From positions 3,488,001 through 3,552,000 of the forward strand of contig OY760937.1 in assembly GCA_963664225.1 (NCBI GenBank): a stretch of DNA of 64,000 nucleotides, written 5' to 3'. The translations under genes and the position numbers were made by a program. Position 1 is the stretch's first letter. Every line of letters begins with the position of its first letter. The notes under the pieces were generated by a model. That model saw nothing but the letters and a program-made list of their open reading frames with translations, did no database searches and was not told the origin of the DNA. The DNA comes from Verrucomicrobiia bacterium. Its GTDB lineage: Bacteria > Verrucomicrobiota > Verrucomicrobiia > Limisphaerales > UBA1319. This document shows positions 30,201 through 39,374 of this stretch, piece by piece.

Positions 30201-33200
30201 TGAGAGTACCGGGCCCGTTCACGGTGGTCTGGAGAATCATTGGGACGTTATAGGGCAACGGTCCGACCGCCGCCGCGATTCCATCATGGGTATTGGTGGC
30301 TTGCGCCACCCAGGGGATCTGACTGGAATTCTGCCAGACCAGGTTGGTGGCATCCAGGGCGTCTGCCAGATCCACAATATTCAGAAAAGTGTTGGAGCTT
30401 TTGGTGGTGCCATACTGATTGCTGACGATTAGGGAATAAATGCCCTCGTTGCTGAATTGTGCATTGGTCAGGGTGATGGCCGAATTTGTAGCCCAAGGAA
30501 TAGCGATCCCATTAAACTGCCATTGAAAGGCCATCGGCGGATATCCGCTGACGACAGCTTCAAACGTGGGAGTTGAATTCTGAAAGACCGTGAGGCTTAT
30601 CGGTTGCTCGTCAAAAAACGGAGTCAGATCCGTGACCGTCAGTTGAGCCTCCGCACTGCGCGCCATTCCGAAAACATTGCTCACGACGAGTTGATAAAGG
30701 CCTTCATCCTCCCATTGGATGTTCGGGATTCTCAGGGAGGCGCGAGTGCCGCCGGGCAGATTCGTTCCATTCTTCAACCACTGCCAGGATATGGGCGAGG
30801 CTCCCAGGATGGCCGGGGCAAAGGTGACCTCGCCTTCCAGATAGGCTTTTTGACTGTAGGGTTGGTTGAGAAAAGCGATGGGGCCATAATTGACCATCGC
30901 CATACAGTGATAACCCCCGGCTGATATGGACGAGACGTCGGCCAGCTCGGACGGAACAGTCGATTGGCCATTGTCGTCCAGGCCCCAGACTGCCAGCGTA
31001 CCATCCCATTGCAGGGCCATGCAGTGTGCCGCTCCCGCAGCAATGGCCACCACCTCGCTCAACCCGCCGGGGATGTCCGACTGACCGGATCCGTCATCCC
31101 CCCAGGCGACCACGGTGCCATCCGCCTTGAGTGCAAGGCTGTTCGAATCGCCGGCCGCGATGGCTACCACGTTGCTCAAACCCGCGGGAACATCGATTTG
31201 CCCGGACGAGTTTAGTCCCCAGGCCACCACCGTACCATTTTTCTTCAGGGCGAGACTATGGTATCCGCCTGCTGCGATGGCAGTCACACCCGTCAGATTG
31301 GTTGGAACCATCGCCTGCCCGAAGTTAGGACTGGAACCTTTGGATGCTCCTGCCCCCCATGCCACAACCGTTCCGTTGCTTTGAAGCGCCAGGTTATGAT
31401 ACCCTCCGGCGGCAATGGCGGTCACATTGGTGGCATTCGTTGGCACCTTGGTCACATTATAGGAGGAATAACCCCAGGCTGTGACGATACCATTGCTCCT
31501 TAACGCCAGGCTGTGATACAACCCCGCGGAGATGGCCGTGGCATTGGTCAATGTCGTCGGCACGCTGATCTGTCCGTTGCTGTTATTTCCCCATGCCTTC
31601 ACCCTGCCATCCGGCTGCAAGGCCAGGCTATGGTATCCGCCGCCGGAGACGGCGGATGCATACATATTGGCGGGCACCACGGATTGGTGAAAGTTATTAT
31701 CCCCCGCAGTGTTTCCCTCACCGGCGCCCCATGCAACGACATTCATCACGTTTAGCTGTGCGGGGTCGCTGGTGGTCGTTCCATAATCGTTGGTGACCAT
31801 GACGGTGTAGGTTCCAAGTTGGGCGGACTGAAAATCATGGATGTTTAAACTGGCATTGGTTTCTCCGGAGAGCGGGAAGCCATTATGGAACCATTGATAA
31901 TTCAGGGGCGGTGTTCCAACCGCGTTGGCGCTGAACGTGACGTCTGAAGTCAGGCTGACCGCCTGATTGGTAGGATTCAGAGTGAGGATGGGAGCTGTCC
32001 CGCCCTCCATATAGGAGACCTGATCCAGCCACCCGCAATCGGACGAGTTTCTATCCGGGGCATGTTTGGAATAGGCCCAGGTCAGGGTATGCGTTCCGGG
32101 GATTAAATAATATTTTTTTTGTTCCCAGGGCACGGACCCTGAAATTTGATCCATTTGCACTCCATCCACGTCAAAAAACAGAACATTAACATCCAGCATG
32201 GATGATGCTTGCCACCAAAACGTCAGTGTTCCAGGGCCATTGACGGTGGTCTGGACCAGGGAATTCTCACCCGCAGCAATCGCACCGCTCTGAAGGGCCG
32301 CGACTCGATCATGGGTGATGGTGGTTTCCATGAACCAGGGCTTATCACCGCTGATTTTCCATGCCAGGTTTGTGGCATTCAGCGCATCCGAGATGTCCCA
32401 TACATTCAGCCAGGCATTGGTGCTGATCGTGCGTCCGAACTCATTGGTGATGACCACCGCATAGGTTCCTTCCTTGGCCAGATTGACCGCAGCCAGGTTT
32501 AATACCCTGTTGGTTGCCAGGTCAATCTTCGCCCCATTGAACAGCCATTGGAAGTTCATCGGCAAAGAGCCGAGCGCTTCGACGGCGAATGTCGCATTCT
32601 CATTTGCAAAACGGGTCGCACTGGAGGGCTGAGCCGCGATCATCGGAGCCACGTTTTCCACTGTCAGCAAGGCATTGGAGCCGCGCATCGTTCCAAAGGC
32701 GTTCGACACCACGACACTGTAGGCTCCCGTATTGAAGGTTTGGCAATTAGTGATCGTAACCTGTGCGTTGGTGGTGATGGCAAAGTTTGCATCCTTGAAG
32801 AACCAGAGGTAGCTCATGGGAGAAAGCCCCGTTGTGGCGACGCTTAAAACCGCATTCGTGCCGCTATACACAACCTGGTTTGTCGGTTGATATGTGATGA
32901 CTGGTTTCAGGATATTGGACATCGCAATGCCCTCGATCTGGCGGGTGTTGCCGTCGAAATACCAGAGTTTGCGATTCTGACGATCAACGGTTTTGTTGGT
33001 GGACACAACGGGCAAGGTATAAATCATTTGTCCAGAGGAGGCGTCAAATGCATATCGATCGCTGAAAGCGGCCGCGCCATTGGTAGTGCAACAATATATT
33101 TCCGTTCCAAACTGCCCTACATGAGACAAATTTGCGTCATACACGGCGCTCTTCCAAAACAATCGGGATCCATCCATGCTCATAACAACATTGCGGAACT

Positions 33201-35385
33201 TATTATAATACATGTCCGCCTCGACTTTATACAGGGAAGCGAAATAGTCATATCCAATATCGTATTTCGTGATCTCGTCTTTGTGTCCATAGCTGTTGCT
33301 GTCCCCGTGATAATAATAGCGGCCGGATGGATCACATTCGCCATCTCCGTGTTCGAGTTGCGACGTGCCAACAAGGATTCGAGTGGTGGTATCGATTATT
33401 CCCGCCATAATCCCTCCAATAAGGCCTTCCTGGTCGCCTTCGGTAACGATCCGGCCGGGGAGCCCTCCGTTGATTTTGTACACGTCAGTGCCCAGGGAAA
33501 GCGGGTCTGCTTCCATTTGCGTTTTCAAATCGACAACCCGCGTTTGATGATAGCCCCAATTTGAAACATAAAGCCGGTCGTCAAACCGGTTTATGCTCAT
33601 ATCGGTGGGATTGATTCCAATGGGGATCACTTTTTCAGCGATTCCGGTGCTGGTGTTTATGAACAACAGGAATGCGTCTGAAAAACTGCCACTGCCCGGA
33701 TGGAGCACGTAAATATAATCCCGGTTCGGGTCCGCGACCATCTTTGAGGGTTTGAGGTCGAACAACTGCAAGACGACCGCGATTGGCAGCGATTTTCCAT
33801 TTTCCGTCAGCGTAATAAAATTAGTGTGAAGACCTGCCTTGAGATTGGATGTGTCAAAACCAATGGTCACTGAAGACGGGGTGGACCCGTTGGTGGCCGA
33901 TGCGGACAGCCACGGTTGGTCAATGACCATGTTCCAGCGTGTCTCAAATTGCGCGCCGATGGACAAGGAATGTGGGGGAATGGCCAATCCGACTGCGCCA
34001 TAAAGGGTCATTGTTTGTGGCGAGACCGCCAGGGGTGAAGGTGTGAACGACCATACAGAGCCTGCCGTTATGCCGGAGAAGCCCACGGAATCGACCCGCC
34101 AATAATACGTAATGCCCGTTTTTAGCAATGAGGGCAATGAGAGGAAATTGGTGGAGGTTGGCCCCAGATACAACACAGAATGGATGTCCGCTGATGTCAC
34201 CGCGTCCTTGTTTGTTCCGAAATACACTTGATAACTCAAGGCCAGCGGTTGGAGCGTCCATGATACCTTGGGCAATGGAAGACTAATAATCGAACCATCC
34301 GGCGGCGCGGGATCGAATCCCGGGCCGGATACAGACTCAATGGTCGACATTGGAACCACCACCAACTGGTTCGAAGCACTGTTGAAGGAAAAGACTTTTT
34401 GTTGATCCCCCGAAATGGCCATGATTTGGGATGCGAAGGGCCAGGAATAAACAATCTGGCCATTGCGCGCATTGAAGACATGCTGCGTGCCGAGGGCAAG
34501 ATCGCCATGGAGGGTTGTAGCCCAGATTTCCTCCCCAAGCGATCCAGATTCAATCAAGTTGGTGTTGTAAACATAGCCTTGCCAGAATAGCGTGCTGCCA
34601 TCAGGCGACAAAAGCAGATGGCGCGGGCCGAATCCATGTTTGGGGCTGTCGGCTATATCGGCAAGGCTATCATTATCGACTTGCTTCTTTGTGATGTTGG
34701 CCGGTGAGTTGTCACTAGCACGATAATAGAATGACCCGCTCGGATCCGTTTCCCCGTCCCCCTCCACCGCGGCCCATGGCAACAATCCGACGACCTTCCC
34801 CGTGGTGGTATCCACAATATTCACCCAAATCCATTGATTTCCACCTTCCGTAATTATCCGTCCCGCTTTTCCTGCGTTGACATTGTAGATGTCCGGTCCC
34901 AGGTTCAATGGCGGTAGCAAGGACTGAGTCGTCAGATCCACAACGTAAGTGGCATTTTCCTGCCAACTGGCGATGTAGAGCCGGTTTTCTCGATAATGGA
35001 CGGTCAAATCCGTCGGATTGTTTCCAATGGGCAGTGTTTTCTCGATGGTATTATTGGTGGTATTGATGAATAACAGATTCCCCTTTTGCCCGGCTGTAAC
35101 GGGCGCCTGTATCGCATAGATATAGGGACGCTGAAGGTCCGCGGCCATTTTTACCAACGCGCCGCCCGGCACTGGAATGGGGATGAATTGGGCCTGCACC
35201 GCCGGATTCCAAAGGAGGAAGGCGCCGAGCAGGAATACAAGGAGGCTTGAATAAACAGGACGACATGCGGAGCTCCACCACGAGTTCGTGCGATCAATGG
35301 GTCCTTTGAGTAAAATCAGGGTATTGTATAGAGCCATGGAAACAAACGACCAATCACCCTCGAATTTGGTGGATTCAATTCTCAT
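27226..35385 (-). CDS. Giant secreted/surface protein B: two YVTN-like propellers, BACON-like, many Ig domains, two RCC1-like blocks
   Basis: 2719 aa; duplicated LLFINT...IPIGxNPTD...RLY; repeated YQWxFNG...GxYxVxVxNxxG; repeated AIAAGxYHSLALxxxGTVVAWG; three THDG...GPGTLTFWW...LDQV domains. True start may be slightly downstream. Confidence 0.9.
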   Translation of the reverse strand: MRIESTKFEGDWSFVSMALYNTLILLKGPIDRTNSWWSSACRPVYSSLLVFLLGAFLLWNPAVQAQFIPIPVPGGALVKMAADLQRPYIYAIQAPVTAGQKGNLLFINTTNNTIEKTLPIGNNPTDLTVHYRENRLYIASWQENATYVVDLTTQSLLPPLNLGPDIYNVNAGKAGRIITEGGNQWIWVNIVDTTTGKVVGLLPWAAVEGDGETDPSGSFYYRASDNSPANITKKQVDNDSLADIADSPKHGFGPRHLLLSPDGSTLFWQGYVYNTNLIESGSLGEEIWATTLHGDLALGTQHVFNARNGQIVYSWPFASQIMAISGDQQKVFSFNSASNQLVVVPMSTIESVSGPGFDPAPPDGSIISLPLPKVSWTLQPLALSYQVYFGTNKDAVTSADIHSVLYLGPTSTNFLSLPSLLKTGITYYWRVDSVGFSGITAGSVWSFTPSPLAVSPQTMTLYGAVGLAIPPHSLSIGAQFETRWNMVIDQPWLSASATNGSTPSSVTIGFDTSNLKAGLHTNFITLTENGKSLPIAVVLQLFDLKPSKMVADPNRDYIYVLHPGSGSFSDAFLLFINTSTGIAEKVIPIGINPTDMSINRFDDRLYVSNWGYHQTRVVDLKTQMEADPLSLGTDVYKINGGLPGRIVTEGDQEGLIGGIMAGIIDTTTRILVGTSQLEHGDGECDPSGRYYYHGDSNSYGHKDEITKYDIGYDYFASLYKVEADMYYNKFRNVVMSMDGSRLFWKSAVYDANLSHVGQFGTEIYCCTTNGAAAFSDRYAFDASSGQMIYTLPVVSTNKTVDRQNRKLWYFDGNTRQIEGIAMSNILKPVITYQPTNQVVYSGTNAVLSVATTGLSPMSYLWFFKDANFAITTNAQVTITNCQTFNTGAYSVVVSNAFGTMRGSNALLTVENVAPMIAAQPSSATRFANENATFAVEALGSLPMNFQWLFNGAKIDLATNRVLNLAAVNLAKEGTYAVVITNEFGRTISTNAWLNVWDISDALNATNLAWKISGDKPWFMETTITHDRVAALQSGAIAAGENSLVQTTVNGPGTLTFWWQASSMLDVNVLFFDVDGVQMDQISGSVPWEQKKYYLIPGTHTLTWAYSKHAPDRNSSDCGWLDQVSYMEGGTAPILTLNPTNQAVSLTSDVTFSANAVGTPPLNYQWFHNGFPLSGETNASLNIHDFQSAQLGTYTVMVTNDYGTTTSDPAQLNVMNVVAWGAGEGNTAGDNNFHQSVVPANMYASAVSGGGYHSLALQPDGRVKAWGNNSNGQISVPTTLTNATAISAGLYHSLALRSNGIVTAWGYSSYNVTKVPTNATNVTAIAAGGYHNLALQSNGTVVAWGAGASKGSSPNFGQAMVPTNLTGVTAIAAGGYHSLALKKNGTVVAWGLNSSGQIDVPAGLSNVVAIAAGDSNSLALKADGTVVAWGDDGSGQSDIPGGLSEVVAIAAGAAHCMALQWDGTLAVWGLDDNGQSTVPSELADVSSISAGGYHCMAMVNYGPIAFLNQPYSQKAYLEGEVTFAPAILGASPISWQWLKNGTNLPGGTRASLRIPNIQWEDEGLYQLVVSNVFGMARSAEAQLTVTDLTPFFDEQPISLTVFQNSTPTFEAVVSGYPPMAFQWQFNGIAIPWATNSAITLTNAQFSNEGIYSLIVSNQYGTTKSSNTFLNIVDLADALDATNLVWQNSSQIPWVAQATNTHDGIAAAVGPLPYNVPMILQTTVNGPGTLSFWWTDSMNATFTFLVDAVAQASLRQYSSSIWGNPTFYLAPGRHTLAWKAVNASAPGSFNSGTAYLDQVIFTPGATIPTISTQPKSQTLGAGNNATFTVAVVGTPPMTYQWYSNLVSIPEATGTSYTIANVQSNHAATYSVLVTNDFGLATSTNAILVVTPSAPTILTQTGNLQILVGGQATFSAGAVGSNPLSYQWMLNGSPLEGQTGPTLTRTNIQVSDGGNYYLVVTNAFGKTQSTNALLQVYTLNDLAASVNETGILWSTTNVPWFPQTNTTHDGVSAAQSGLITGSQQTTLQGTVAGPATITFWWKVNCDSFWDSLAFGINGTIQNSITGTVDWKKANHYLGAGTNILTWSLYPLRAAYAGGTAWLDQVQIVPGGTAALITANSSDVSTNAGNNVTLSVTATGTPPLFYQWAFSGTNLPGATNAALALNNVQFANAGIYTVVVTNDFGFATSSNMKVVVNGSAPSITKQPANQTAVINGNATFAVTVKGSIPFQYQWRYNDVEIPGATNSTLALSSLQFTNAGSYNVRISNDQGTAISSNAILEVSSSVVLEYWDRFGQPYATPLGVSNVIAVAAGTSHTAALRNDGTILCWGRNSYGQTNVTPGLSNVVFISAGLDHTVALKSDGTVAAWGDNTYSQLAVPEGLTNVTAIAASGNDTFALQSDGTVVGWGDNAYGQLNIPLAMSNVVGISAGYCNGFALKTDGSVVQWGNGPVWQSNGITTRLNVAQGTSNITTLAAGRATAWLLLEDGAVQPIGLPAFQGFDGIAAVSASSSYLSFNTDYALILGNDGTLMPSDYDIYTPLVPNNLSNVVALSAGYRHAAVLVNDGAPRVVRTFLNRTAYTGAKVVLRSGVAGAYPMRYQWQFNGTNLDAATNVTLVLPSVSLDSAGNYSCIAANAFGSATNTAATLAVLRSASVFKGPSTLSQNGFASQLNQLSGHGNIVIMASTNLVDWVPLFTNAPVTGSLLYCDPEATNQPLRFYKAVEH

Positions 35386-35550
35386 ATGGTGAATTCATTT
35401 AGCAGCTCAATATGTAAAAATGTCAATGAACGAAAGAGAGGATTGAAGACGCGAAGACACGGAGGGCGAAGGGCGAAGGGCGGGAAACGGGGAAAAGAAG
35501 ATTATCTATCTGAAGCGCCTAGATCTCAAAGTCAAATACGCACTGGAAAA

Positions 35551-35620
35551 GGACGCCGGGTGAGGGCACCACGGCCTACAGTATTTCCCGACGAAGGACC
35601 AGGGACGCTCTTTGACAGCC
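35551..35620 (-). repeat. Heptamer plus GTAG-REP junction element, copy 2 of 3
   Basis: GTCCCTGGTCCTTCGTCGGGAAATACT-GTAGGCCGTGGTGCCCTCACCCGGCGTCC just after the YdcF stop. Confidence 0.8.
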
Positions 35621-35629
35621 TTTTTTAAC

Positions 35630-36388
35630 TCATATCCACCCTCTTCCCCAATACACCCACCAGCCGATTTTCTCGTGGAGATAGAGAGCCAGCGATTCAA
35701 AACCACCCTGGCGCGGTATTATGGAAAACGAGGTTGGAACGGTGCCATATGCACGGAAATCGCAAGCGACCGGTGTGACCTGAATGCCCTGCTTTGCAAA
35801 CAAGGCGACCGAGCGTCGCATGTGTAGGGCGGAAGTCACCAGAACCACGGACTTCCATCCATGTGCAGCCTGGAGTTGCTTGAAGGCAAGCGCCTCGTCA
35901 TGGGTATCGCGGCAGGTGCCCAGATTGGTCAACATGATCCCGGGCAAACCCCAAGGCTCCATCCAGAGTTGCACTTTCGCGGATGTGGGGATGGCCTGGT
36001 TCTCCACCGGCACGCTGCCGCCCAGCACAAGGTTGGTGGTCAATCCCCGGCGGGCCATCTCCATTCCCGTGAAGGCTCGGGAACCGGCCGCCGAAATGGC
36101 CACCCCGCGAATATCGTATTGCGATTCGTAAAAACCACCGCCCAAAACCACGACAGCATCCACCCGCGTCTTTGGGAATTCCTTTGCGTCTGCGTAAACC
36201 CGTTCTTCAGCCGCTACCAGGACGGCAGGGAAAGGTGTGCTGCCGATCAGAAAGATCAAGAGTGTTGGCACGCCGAGCCAGCAGGCGCTTCGCCATTGGC
36301 GACGCCAGACCAGCCAGGCGAATCCAAGCGCCATCAGGAACCAGATAATTCCGAGTGGTTCGGTTAGTGGTAGAATTAAAGATTTCAA
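35630..36388 (-). CDS. YdcF/ElyC (DUF218) family envelope protein
   Basis: Two N-terminal TM helices, VVLGGG, RDTHDEA, LVTSALHMRRS, HEKIG. Confidence 0.9.
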   Translation of the reverse strand: MKSLILPLTEPLGIIWFLMALGFAWLVWRRQWRSACWLGVPTLLIFLIGSTPFPAVLVAAEERVYADAKEFPKTRVDAVVVLGGGFYESQYDIRGVAISAAGSRAFTGMEMARRGLTTNLVLGGSVPVENQAIPTSAKVQLWMEPWGLPGIMLTNLGTCRDTHDEALAFKQLQAAHGWKSVVLVTSALHMRRSVALFAKQGIQVTPVACDFRAYGTVPTSFSIIPRQGGFESLALYLHEKIGWWVYWGRGWI

Positions 36389-36765
36389 AGTTAAAAACTG
36401 TCCTTGGTCCTTGGTCGCTTGTCAAAAACAAGTTATAAACTGTCCGTGGTCTTTTGTCCTTGGTCCTTGGTCGTCAGAGAAGGGAAAACAGTTGAAAAAG
36501 CAGCCCATGACTGAAAAAGATGTATGTCGCTTATTGCTTTGACCAAGGACGAGGGACCAAGGACGTCTTTTCCCGACCTCGGCCCTCTTGTGTTTCCTGC
36601 CCTACGCCCTTTGCGCTCAACCCTCACCTCTCCGCTCCTGGCCCTTCGCTCTTCTTGTGGTCATCGACCCGCGTCACAGGAAATGAACTTTATTGTACTT
36701 TATTTGTGCAATCTTAAATATATGGGATGTTCATTTTTACCTGCGCTCTGATCTCCGACTTGCAC

Positions 36766-36835
36766 GGACGCCGGGTGAGGGCACCACGGCCTACAGCGTT
36801 GCCCTGACCAAGGACTACGCACGTTTTTTGCCATA
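36766..36835 (-). repeat. Heptamer plus GTAG-REP junction element, copy 3 of 3
   Basis: GGCAAAAAACGTGCGTAGTCCTTGGTC...GTAGGCCGTGGTGCCCTCACCCGGCGTCC. Confidence 0.8.
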
Positions 36836-37033
36836 GGTCCGCTGCACGTATTCCTCCCATTCAGGGTCGCGTTTGGTTTTGCCGCACTCAAGGCCCCAAC
36901 GAGTAATGGCAGCATAGTCGAAGGCGGGATCGATCTTGGCCATTTTATTGTGCCAGCGGATATAGGCCGCGATCGCGTTCAGCGCGATGGACAGGTAGTT
37001 GGGAGGCGGGGGGCGCCGGACGCCGGGGCTCAT
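36815..37033 (-). CDS. Small hypothetical protein
   Basis: 72-aa protein-like sequence downstream of the HTH gene; start uncertain; stop lies inside the junction repeat. Confidence 0.4.
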   Translation of the reverse strand: MSPGVRRPPPPNYLSIALNAIAAYIRWHNKMAKIDPAFDYAAITRWGLECGKTKRDPEWEEYVQRTYGKKRA

Positions 37034-37103
37034 CCGCGTCGCGTGGTAGGACAGACGGTGATACGGCAAACGATCCAGTTTGACGTTGAGCTGCCGCCCA
37101 ACA

Positions 37104-37514
37104 TTACGGATTCCAGTCCTGGACGGCTTCGCAGTATTCATCGTTGGGCATTTCCCTGGTCGGGCTTGTGAATTGAATGGTACCCGTTTCGCGCATAATC
37201 TGGCGTCGCAACGATTCGGCCATCGCCAAAAGCCGGGGCGTCGGGACATCGGAATAATCGCGCTTTTTGATTTCCTCCTCGACGCGCTGGAGTTCCCCGG
37301 CCAGGGCATTGACCCGGTCTTCGGTGGTGGAGAGGGCCTTGTTGCGGAGTTCCTCCATGTGGATGGCGCGGAGGTTCTGGAGTTCGAAGCGGAACTTGCG
37401 GCTCCAGTTGACGAGTGTGCCCCGGGAGACGGACAGTTCCTCGGCGATGGCCGCAAAGGTTTTGCCCTGACCCCGCAGGACAATGAATTTAGCTTGAGTT
37501 TCCTGTTCGATCAT
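37104..37514 (-). CDS. Helix-turn-helix protein with coiled-coil C-terminus
   Basis: LRGQGKTFAAIAEELSVSRGTLVNW HTH followed by a helical region. Confidence 0.8.
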   Translation of the reverse strand: MIEQETQAKFIVLRGQGKTFAAIAEELSVSRGTLVNWSRKFRFELQNLRAIHMEELRNKALSTTEDRVNALAGELQRVEEEIKKRDYSDVPTPRLLAMAESLRRQIMRETGTIQFTSPTREMPNDEYCEAVQDWNP

Positions 37515-37748
37515 AATTCTGAACATGCCAGGGCGGCACGCCCCGGCGTTTAACCACGACACGCGTCGCGGGTATTGTTTATAGTTGAATTATTGTGAAC
37601 GTTTAAACGAACGCGAGGTACGTTTCAGAAGTTCACCCTACCCTTTCCCACCGGGAAAGGCCCAGGAAACTGGGGGTATCTGGCGCTCCACCGGAGCGAG
37701 GTTACCGGTTGACCGATTACAGCACCGCCATAACCATCAACGGGGGAC

Positions 37749-37777
37749 AAGATAGAGGAATCCAAAGGATTTGTCAA
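37749..37777 (-). promoter_or_regulatory. Putative sigma70 promoter upstream of a structured leader and the HTH gene
   Basis: TTGACA-N17-TATCTT. Confidence 0.55.
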
Positions 37778-37904
37778 TAGGCAGAATGAACAAAATGAAA
37801 AGCAAAGCGCTGAGAGCGGAGGGCGGAAGGCGAAGCCAATAGAGGTCAGACGTCAGAGGTCATGGGCTTGCTTCGATAAATCGGACACAGAAGACACATA
37901 TAGG

Positions 37905-38747
37905 TTATTTGGATATATTTTCAAAGTCAACAGGAGACATGTAATTGAGTGTGCTGTGTAAACGCTGTCGATTATAGAAGGTCTCGATGTAATCAAAGAT
38001 GGCCTGTCGGGCCTGGGCTCGGGTCGCAAAGACCCGGCGATAAACCAGTTCTTGTTTAAGGGTGCTCCAAAAGGATTCCATGGCCGCGTTGTCATAGCAG
38101 TTGCCACTGCGGCTCATGCTCGCCAGGGCACCGGAGGTTTCCATCGCCCGGCGATAATCCTGACTGGCATACTGGACTCCCCGATCTGAATGAAAGAGCA
38201 ATCCGGGTTCGGGTTGTCGCTGAATGCAGGCCATGTTCCAGGCCGCCAGAACCAGTTCGGCGTCAATATGTTCGCTCATGCTCCAACCCACGATGCGGCG
38301 GCTGTAGAGGTCTTCAATTCCCGCCAGATAGAGCCAGCCTTCATCGGTGGCAATGTAGGTGATGTCCCCGACCCAAGTCTGATTGCGTTGGTCCGGTGGC
38401 GCGGCTTGAGCCAGCCGGTTGGGGGCAATGGGCTGATCATGATTGCTGTCGGTGGTTCGGACCTTGAAACGCTTTTTAGAACGCGCCTGCAGGCCTTCCT
38501 GGCGCATTAAACGGGCGATGTGGTTGCGACCATGGCAGTGCCCCTGGTGCTTCAAGGCGATCTGGATGCGCGGGCTGCCATAGGTTTTGCGGCTGCCATT
38601 GAAAATCGTTGTGATGGTCCCTTTCAATACGGCGTCCTGCCGGGCTCGCAACGAAGGCTGGATTTGCCGTCGGCACCAATCATAGTAGCCGCTGAAAGAC
38701 ACATCAAAGGCATCACAGAGCAGGCGGATGGGATGATCGACTTTCAT
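37905..38747 (-). CDS. IS3 transposase OrfB (DDE integrase core)
   Basis: YGSPRI, WVGDITYI, DLYSRRIVGW, HSDRGVQY, DNAAMESFW. Confidence 0.95.
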   Translation of the reverse strand: MKVDHPIRLLCDAFDVSFSGYYDWCRRQIQPSLRARQDAVLKGTITTIFNGSRKTYGSPRIQIALKHQGHCHGRNHIARLMRQEGLQARSKKRFKVRTTDSNHDQPIAPNRLAQAAPPDQRNQTWVGDITYIATDEGWLYLAGIEDLYSRRIVGWSMSEHIDAELVLAAWNMACIQRQPEPGLLFHSDRGVQYASQDYRRAMETSGALASMSRSGNCYDNAAMESFWSTLKQELVYRRVFATRAQARQAIFDYIETFYNRQRLHSTLNYMSPVDFENISK

Positions 38748-39097
38748 CGCTTCAACCCGTTGATAGCGTTGCTCTGGGGGTCCGAAAGAATTCCCAACGT
38801 TTTTTTTAGAATCTCCCGTTGCTGGCGCACATAGTCCAGTTCGCGCAACAAAGCGGCATTGTCGGCCAGCAACTGCTCACGGGTCTTTGTTTCGGCTCCT
38901 TCCCCTGTTGGCAGCGGAACATATTTTGCGCGCCAGGCATAGAGTCGCTCCATTTTTATCCCCAGTTCAGCCGCCACGGTGGAGGCCGATTTCCCGCTGG
39001 ATTTCCAGAGGTTCACGGCTTCCTGCTTAAATGCAGAATCATACTTCGGATGAGTCTTGGAATCGGGAATCACAGATTGCTTCATACGGTTTTTCAT
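38744..39097 (-). CDS. IS3 transposase OrfA (HTH); A8 slippery run at 38800-38807
   Basis: YDSAFKQEAV...VAAELGI...LYAW...REILKKTL; A8 run suits a -1 frameshift into OrfB. Confidence 0.92.
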   Translation of the reverse strand: MKNRMKQSVIPDSKTHPKYDSAFKQEAVNLWKSSGKSASTVAAELGIKMERLYAWRAKYVPLPTGEGAETKTREQLLADNAALLRELDYVRQQREILKKTLGILSDPQSNAINGLKR

Positions 39098-39196
39098 TAA
39101 GTTTCGCTCCGCCCCTGTGTCCGTCAAATCGAAGCAACCTCAGTCAGGAAAAAAAGGCGCAGAGCAACGAGCGGAAACGGGGAGGGCAAGAAAGAC

Positions 39197-39278
39197 AAGA
39201 GGTCAGATGTCAGAGGGCGGAGGGCGAAGGGCGGAGGGCAGAGGGCGGAGGGCGGAGGGCAGAGGGCGGAGGGCGGAG
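39197..39278. repeat. Tandem 7-bp repeats (GAGGGCR and CAGAGGT-like)
   Basis: About nine consecutive GAGGGCG/GAGGGCA-type units preceded by AGAGGTCAGATGTCAG. Confidence 0.9.
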
Positions 39279-39374
39279 CGAGAAACGGGGAAGGAATAGG
39301 TCACCTACCGCATAGAGCACATAGATCTCAAATGGGCTTGCTTCGATAAATCGGACACAGAAGACACATATAGG

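Larger units (their letters stand above)
37863..39142 (-). mobile_element. IS3-family element, copy 1 (1280 bp, 4-bp TSD GTCA)
   Basis: IRs TGGGCTTGCTTCGATAAATCGGACACAG / TGAGGTTGCTTCGATTTGACGGACACAG; GTCA at 37859-37862 and 39143-39146. Confidence 0.95.

Noticed and set aside
37104..37514. Prophage (terminase small subunit-like HTH)
   Set aside because: No other phage genes in the window.
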